In this document: positions 6,848 through 10,297 of the stretch, one piece after another
How the letters are laid out: the number at the start of each line of letters is the position of its first letter
How positions within the stretch are numbered: the stretch's first letter is position 1
NCBI GenBank assembly: GCA_003559395.1
Contig: PWLL01000045.1
Span: 1-10,297, forward strand
DNA length: 10,297 nt
Direction: 5' to 3'
Source of the DNA: Candidatus Iainarchaeum sp.
GTDB lineage: Archaea > Iainarchaeota > Iainarchaeia > Iainarchaeales > CSSED10-239
Made by a program: the position numbers and the translations under genes
Notes under the pieces: model-generated
What the model saw: the letters and a program-made list of their open reading frames with translations, nothing else
What the model was told of the DNA's origin: nothing
The model's database searches: none

Positions 6848-7630
6848 TCAATACCACCACGATAAAATTTCTTTTTCTCCTAAATTGTTTTGTAGGTTCC
6901 ATTTTGAAACAAATTTAGATTTGTTATTATTGTTTAATAGTTTTGTTTTTGATTTTGGTTTTGAATAAAAATGGGTTATTATTTTGTTTGGAATATTACT
7001 GTTTGTTTTTTTTTTTAATAAATCTAAAATATATCCAGTTATTTGATATTGTCTATTTGTTGAATATTTTTCATAGATTTTTATTAATTCGTTCCAGTTT
7101 ATTTTTTCACAACTATCAAAGAGTGCTTTAGATATTACTGAGTATCCACCACTATGTTGTGGTTTATAAAAACAATCAAAGATCGTTTTTTCTAAAGAGG
7201 AAACAAAAACATCGTTATCTAAAATATAGTTTGAAAATACTTTTTTTATATTAATATATTTGTATAAATATTCTTTGTTGGTTATTTCTTTTGATTTGTT
7301 TGTTGTTGCAACAAATATTGTGGTTGGTTCATAGTCTATTAGATCATAGTGTCTTAAAGCAGAAAGAAAAGAAATATATCCTGGATAGATAGATAAAGCT
7401 GTTTTAAAATAATCAATGTTTGTTTTATTTCTTATTACTTCATAAACGCCTTTTTTTAGCTGTGTAATATATTTTTTATTTTTTAGTGAGTTGATAATTT
7501 CATTTAATCTTTGTTTTGGAATGTTTGGAAAGAGAGTAGCTATATCTGTAGAAGTGATTGTGGTTTTGGACGGGTGTATGTTTTCAAATATCATTTGCTC
7601 TTGTTTTGTTAAATAGTTTTTTATTTTCAT
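6848..7630 (-). CDS. abiEi: AbiEi-family antitoxin / transcriptional autoregulator (N-terminal wHTH plus C-terminal domain)
   Basis: This 260-aa ORF lies immediately upstream of abiEii and appears translationally coupled to it. Size and position fit the AbiE operon order. The N-terminal segment ITSTDIATLFPNIPKQRLNEIINSLKNKKYITQLKKGVYEV looks like a winged helix. A paralogous remnant lies at 1840..2282. Confidence 0.75.
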   Translation of the reverse strand: MKIKNYLTKQEQMIFENIHPSKTTITSTDIATLFPNIPKQRLNEIINSLKNKKYITQLKKGVYEVIRNKTNIDYFKTALSIYPGYISFLSALRHYDLIDYEPTTIFVATTNKSKEITNKEYLYKYINIKKVFSNYILDNDVFVSSLEKTIFDCFYKPQHSGGYSVISKALFDSCEKINWNELIKIYEKYSTNRQYQITGYILDLLKKKTNSNIPNKIITHFYSKPKSKTKLLNNNNKSKFVSKWNLQNNLGEKEILSWWY

Positions 7631-7713
7631 ATAATATGTTCTAGACCCGTTATGTTTAAATAAAGTACTATTTATAAAAAACCATAAAATATACTATAAA
7701 TCAAGCCCATAAC

Positions 7714-7792
7714 TCTTTTTTATTAATTGTTAATCTTCTTTTTTATTAATTGTTAATCTTCTTTTTTATTAATTGTTAATCTTCTTTTTTAT
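7714..7792. repeat. Perfect tandem repeat, 23-bp unit x 3.4 (tattaattgttaatcttcttttt), each unit containing the mini-palindrome attaa-ttg-ttaat
   Basis: A period of 23 was verified base by base from 7714 to 7792 with zero mismatches. The array lies 84-162 bp upstream of the abiEi ATG (7630, minus strand). Confidence 0.95.
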
Positions 7793-7832
7793 AATTTTTG
7801 TAAAATAACACAAATGAATCAATAGCCTCAAT

Positions 7833-8059
7833 ACATATATTATACACTTCAAAAAGGGCGTTTATTTTGGAAGGGGTAATGCCCAGTGCAAAGTAGATTA
7901 TAAGACAACAACACACCTCTTTTCTAAATAATCTTTCAAAAAATTTAACAATTCAAAAAACAGCCCTCTTTTTGATTTTGGAATATAGTGATTTATTGAA
8001 TTTTCTAGATATTTTATTTGTTTTTTATCTTATAACAACAAGTTTGTTTTTTTCTGTAA
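7833..8059. repeat. Direct repeat B, copy 2 (~227 bp)
   Basis: See copy 1. The alignment has the same length, is colinear and is ~90% identical by eye. Confidence 0.9.
7898..8059 (-). pseudogene. Remnant of the 3' end (~50 codons) of a second abiEii gene
   Basis: In the frame homologous to abiEii it reads ...NLLL*DKKQIKYLENSINHYIPKSKRGLFFELLNFLKDYLEKRCVVVL*, against the intact ...NLLLEDKKQLKYLENSINHYIPKSKRQLFFGLLNCLKDFLEKI*. GAA has become a TAA in-frame stop at 8030..8032. The original stop is lost. Everything 5' of ~8059 is replaced by unrelated AT-rich DNA. Confidence 0.75.
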
Positions 8060-8091
8060 TTTTATAATACTTTTCTTGTTTTTTAATAATT

Positions 8092-8137
8092 TTTGTTTTT
8101 TTAAAATATATGTTTGTTTTAGATATATATAAAACAA
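8092..8137. repeat. Direct repeat A, copy 2 (46 bp)
   Basis: See copy 1. This copy lies 49-94 bp upstream of the 8186 ATG. Confidence 0.85.
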
Positions 8138-8185
8138 CTATTAATAAATATATTATATCTTATATATATTAAAAGAAGATAAAAC

Positions 8186-8725
8186 ATGTTTAATAAAAAA
8201 ATAATCGGAATTAGTCTGGTGGTTGCTTTTGTTTTGTTTGTTTTGTTTATTAGTATTTTTATAGAATCTCAACAAAACATAAGAGAAGAAACAACAAGAC
8301 TTAAAAAATATCAACGAGAGTCACCAAATCCAAATGTCCAAAGAGCAATTACAAACATTGATGATAAATCTGATTTTGTTTGGCTTTTATTGCCTAGTTT
8401 TGCTTTTTTAGGACTTATGATCGGACTTGTTGTTTTTTATATAATGTCTGAAAAAGAATCTAAAAAAAGCAAAGTTGTAAAAATAAACACAAAAAAGATT
8501 CTTGATCTTCTTTCTAGTGAAGAAAGATTAATAATTAATAAACTTCTTGAGAATAATGGAAAAGTAAGACAGTATGAAATAACATATATAGATGGGCTTA
8601 CAAAATTAAAAGTACATAGACTCTTAAAAAGACTTGAAGCAAAAGATATTATTAAAAAAGAAAAAATAGGAAAAGTAAATAATGTACTTTTAGATAAAGA
8701 AATATTAGAGATTCTAAAAGAATAA
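8186..8725 (+). CDS. Membrane-anchored winged-helix (MarR/TrmB-like) DNA-binding protein with two predicted TM helices
   Basis: 179-aa ORF. The hydrophobic helices are IIGISLVVAFVLFVLFISIFI and FVWLLLPSFAFLGLMIGLVVFYIM. The C-terminal segment LSSEERLIINKLLENNGKVRQYEITYIDGLTKLKVHRLLKRLEAKDIIKKEKIGKVNNVLL is a typical wHTH. This architecture is common in archaea (COG2512-like, from memory). Confidence 0.75.
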   Translation: MFNKKIIGISLVVAFVLFVLFISIFIESQQNIREETTRLKKYQRESPNPNVQRAITNIDDKSDFVWLLLPSFAFLGLMIGLVVFYIMSEKESKKSKVVKINTKKILDLLSSEERLIINKLLENNGKVRQYEITYIDGLTKLKVHRLLKRLEAKDIIKKEKIGKVNNVLLDKEILEILKE

Positions 8726-8748
8726 CTTCTTTTAAAATCTCTTTTTTT

Positions 8749-9138
8749 CTAGTTGTTTTGTATGTTCTTTTTTAGTTGTTGGTTTCTGTGTAGTCTTTGT
8801 TGTGTTTGTGTGTTTTTTTGTTTTTGTATTCTTTGTCCTAGTCCAAGCTCTGCTCTTATTTGTGTGTATGTTTCATAGTTTCCTTCTTGTTTTGCTATTT
8901 TCATTTCTTTGAATCTAGAAAAGTTTTCTTCTGTTATAATTTCTAGGGATCTTGGATTTCTTTCTTGTAGTTTTTCTAACCAGTCTTGATATTCTGTTTC
9001 TTCAAAGTTTGAAAACAAACAGTCGTTTGGTTTTTCTGGTCTTGTTTCTCTTTTGTTTTCTTGATATGCAAATACCAAAGAACTAAACAAAAGCAGACCA
9101 AAAACTACAACCAAAGCAGTAGTTATTTTTTTGTTCAT
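8749..9138 (-). CDS. Small secreted or signal-anchored protein, unknown function
   Basis: 129-aa ORF with an N-terminal signal-like sequence MNKKITTALVVVFGLLLFSSLVFA/YQ. The mature part is charged and the C-terminus is Q/K-rich. It has the only strong SD in the window. Confidence 0.7.
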   Translation of the reverse strand: MNKKITTALVVVFGLLLFSSLVFAYQENKRETRPEKPNDCLFSNFEETEYQDWLEKLQERNPRSLEIITEENFSRFKEMKIAKQEGNYETYTQIRAELGLGQRIQKQKNTQTQQRLHRNQQLKKNIQNN

Positions 9139-9146
9139 TGTTGTGT

Positions 9147-9152
9147 ACCTCC
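9147..9152 (-). promoter_or_regulatory. Shine-Dalgarno sequence GGAGGT for the 8749..9138 gene
   Basis: The plus strand reads acctcc at 9147..9152, leaving an 8-nt spacer to the ATG at 9138. Confidence 0.6.
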
Positions 9153-9490
9153 TTTTTGTTTTTTGAGATGGTTTTCTCTATAAATATTAGTGTTGAAACT
9201 ATATATTTGGTTTTATGAAACTATTGTTTTTAAGGGTTTTTTGTTTTTATGTATGTATATGTGTTGTGCTCTTCAAAAATAAGTTTTGTTTTGGGAGGCT
9301 TTGATGGTTTATGTAAAATTGATTAAAGTTGTTTTTTATGCTACAAAAACTGTGAGATGGTTTTTAAGAAAAAATATTAATAAAATTAGTAAAATTTGTT
9401 TTTTATTTTGTATTTTTAAGAAAAAAGATATGTTCATAAATAATATATGAAAACAAATATTATTTTAAAAAAGAAATAGGTTTTTTAAAT

Positions 9491-9533
9491 AAAAAAAAGA
9501 AAAAGAAAAGAAAGTTTTTAAACTTTCTTTTTT
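9491..9533 (-). terminator. Putative transcription terminator of the S-layer gene: AT-rich hairpin followed by oligo-T tracts
   Basis: It lies ~10 nt past the TAA stop. Positions 9504..9515 pair with 9522..9533 (core gaaagttt / aaactttc). On the minus strand the hairpin is followed by cttttctttttctttttttt. The stem has only two G-C pairs, so the oligo-T run may be the real signal, as is usual in archaea. Confidence 0.4.
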
Positions 9534-9542
9534 GAGAGAAAC

Positions 9543-10297
9543 TTACATTCCTTCAATTGCTGTGATTAAAGCTCTAGCTGCAGTTTCTGTATCTGATTTT
9601 GTCATACCAGCAACAACAATGTTTCCTTCAGGAGTTTTTCCAAAGACGTAATCTCCTGTGTTAGTGATTACTTCTTCAAGTCCAATTCCTTGTGCAAGAG
9701 TGTTTACTAAATAACCACCTACGATTATTTTAGTTCCTGCAGGAGATTGTGAATCAAGTACAACAAAGTTGTTTGGTGTCCATCCGGAAGGTACGATTGC
9801 GTCTCCTTCTAGGCCACCAGATATTGTGTAGTCGTTAAGTTGTGCTGAGATACCGTCTTCTGTAACTGTTGTTCCGATTGTGTCTAGAGTTAGAGTTGCA
9901 CCAACAAGAGTTTCTTCAGTAGTTGTTTCTCCGCCTACAAAGAACAAAACATTTTGTCTTTCTTCAGGGAAGTCTAAGTTCAAATGCTTTCCATCTATGT
10001 CTAATATAGCACCACTTAGAGTAATACCTTCTCTTAAGTCATCTGAGTCGTCATCATTTAAAAAGAACGTATACTCTGTATTATCTATATCATATTTTAG
10101 TTTTTGTTTGTTTGTTGCTGTAGTTGCGTATGCTTCTATAGCGGTATTAACATAATCTTCAACATCTGCTAACCTGTTTGATTCTGTGTCGAAAAGTGCA
10201 TGAATAATTTTATTGTCTACATCATGAACAACAACTTTTGCCATACCTGCAGTATCTGTATTATTCCTTGTAGCATTTCCTGTATAGAAATAACGAT
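9543..10297 (-). CDS. S-layer protein, C-terminal portion (partial; the ORF stays open to the window end)
   Basis: The C-terminal segment KIIVGGYLVNTLAQGIGLEEVITNTGDYVFGKTPEGNIVVAGMTKSDTETAARALITAIEG fits the archaeal S-layer C-terminal domain pattern (hhVGG-x-x-x-N ... hhVAG-x-x-x-x-D-T-x-x-A-A-x-x-L). The composition is Thr/Gly/Asp-rich. Upstream of the track Met at 10244 the frame stays open to 10297 (RYFYTGNATRNNTDTAG-MAKVV...), so the true start lies outside the window. Confidence 0.7.
   Translation of the reverse strand, partial: RYFYTGNATRNNTDTAGMAKVVVHDVDNKIIHALFDTESNRLADVEDYVNTAIEAYATTATNKQKLKYDIDNTEYTFFLNDDDSDDLREGITLSGAILDIDGKHLNLDFPEERQNVLFFVGGETTTEETLVGATLTLDTIGTTVTEDGISAQLNDYTISGGLEGDAIVPSGWTPNNFVVLDSQSPAGTKIIVGGYLVNTLAQGIGLEEVITNTGDYVFGKTPEGNIVVAGMTKSDTETAARALITAIEGM

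Noticed and set aside
6943-7131. 62-aa plus-strand ORF inside abiEi
   Set aside because: It is an antisense shadow ORF with F/L-rich low complexity.
7714-7792. Possible CRISPR array
   Set aside because: The 23-bp units are directly abutting with no spacers, and only 3.4 copies are present. No cas genes lie in the window.
9164-9363. 12-mer tgagatggtttt occurring twice (9164..9175 and 9352..9363)
   Set aside because: It is short, the flanks do not align, and a chance match is plausible in AT/T-rich intergenic DNA of this size.
9880-10155. 91-aa plus-strand ORF inside the S-layer gene
   Set aside because: It is antisense to a CDS with a recognisable S-layer C-terminal domain. Its Ser-rich composition is expected from the reverse frame of a Thr/Gly/Asp-rich gene.

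Overview
The window is very AT-rich and densely coded. By eye it is well under 35% GC, though I did not count. It looks archaeal, most plausibly a small-genome DPANN-type lineage, and that assignment is inference. The supporting features are a FlaI/PilB-type assembly ATPase with archaeal-style core motifs, an S-layer protein C-terminal domain, a membrane-anchored winged-helix protein, and TATA-like AT boxes 25-40 nt upstream of start codons with mostly no Shine-Dalgarno.

Gene content, left to right:
- a partial membrane protein (-)
- a lysine-rich 433-aa protein with a degenerate PRTase-like C-terminus (+)
- a frameshifted and truncated AbiEi-like gene (-)
- a 769-aa secretion/pilus-type ATPase with a Cys-rich N-terminal extension (+)
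- an HD-domain hydrolase (-)
- an intact abiEi-abiEii type IV toxin-antitoxin operon (-)
- a 2-TM winged-helix protein (+)
- a small signal-peptide protein (-)
- the 3' part of an S-layer gene that runs off the window (-)

The most interesting structure is not in the ORF track. The AbiE operon sits in a ~2.6 kb islet bracketed by a 45/46-bp direct repeat. Nested inside that is a ~227-bp direct repeat that duplicates the abiEii 3' end plus a highly conserved 74-bp non-coding element. A perfect 3 x 23-bp tandem array, each unit with its own mini-palindrome, lies upstream of abiEi. With the decayed AbiEi paralog at 1840-2282, the window holds one live AbiE module and two dead remnants. I see no clearly novel multi-gene system. 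The novelty candidates are the repeat architecture and conserved non-coding element around AbiE, the orphan long-form ATPase, and the PRT-like protein.
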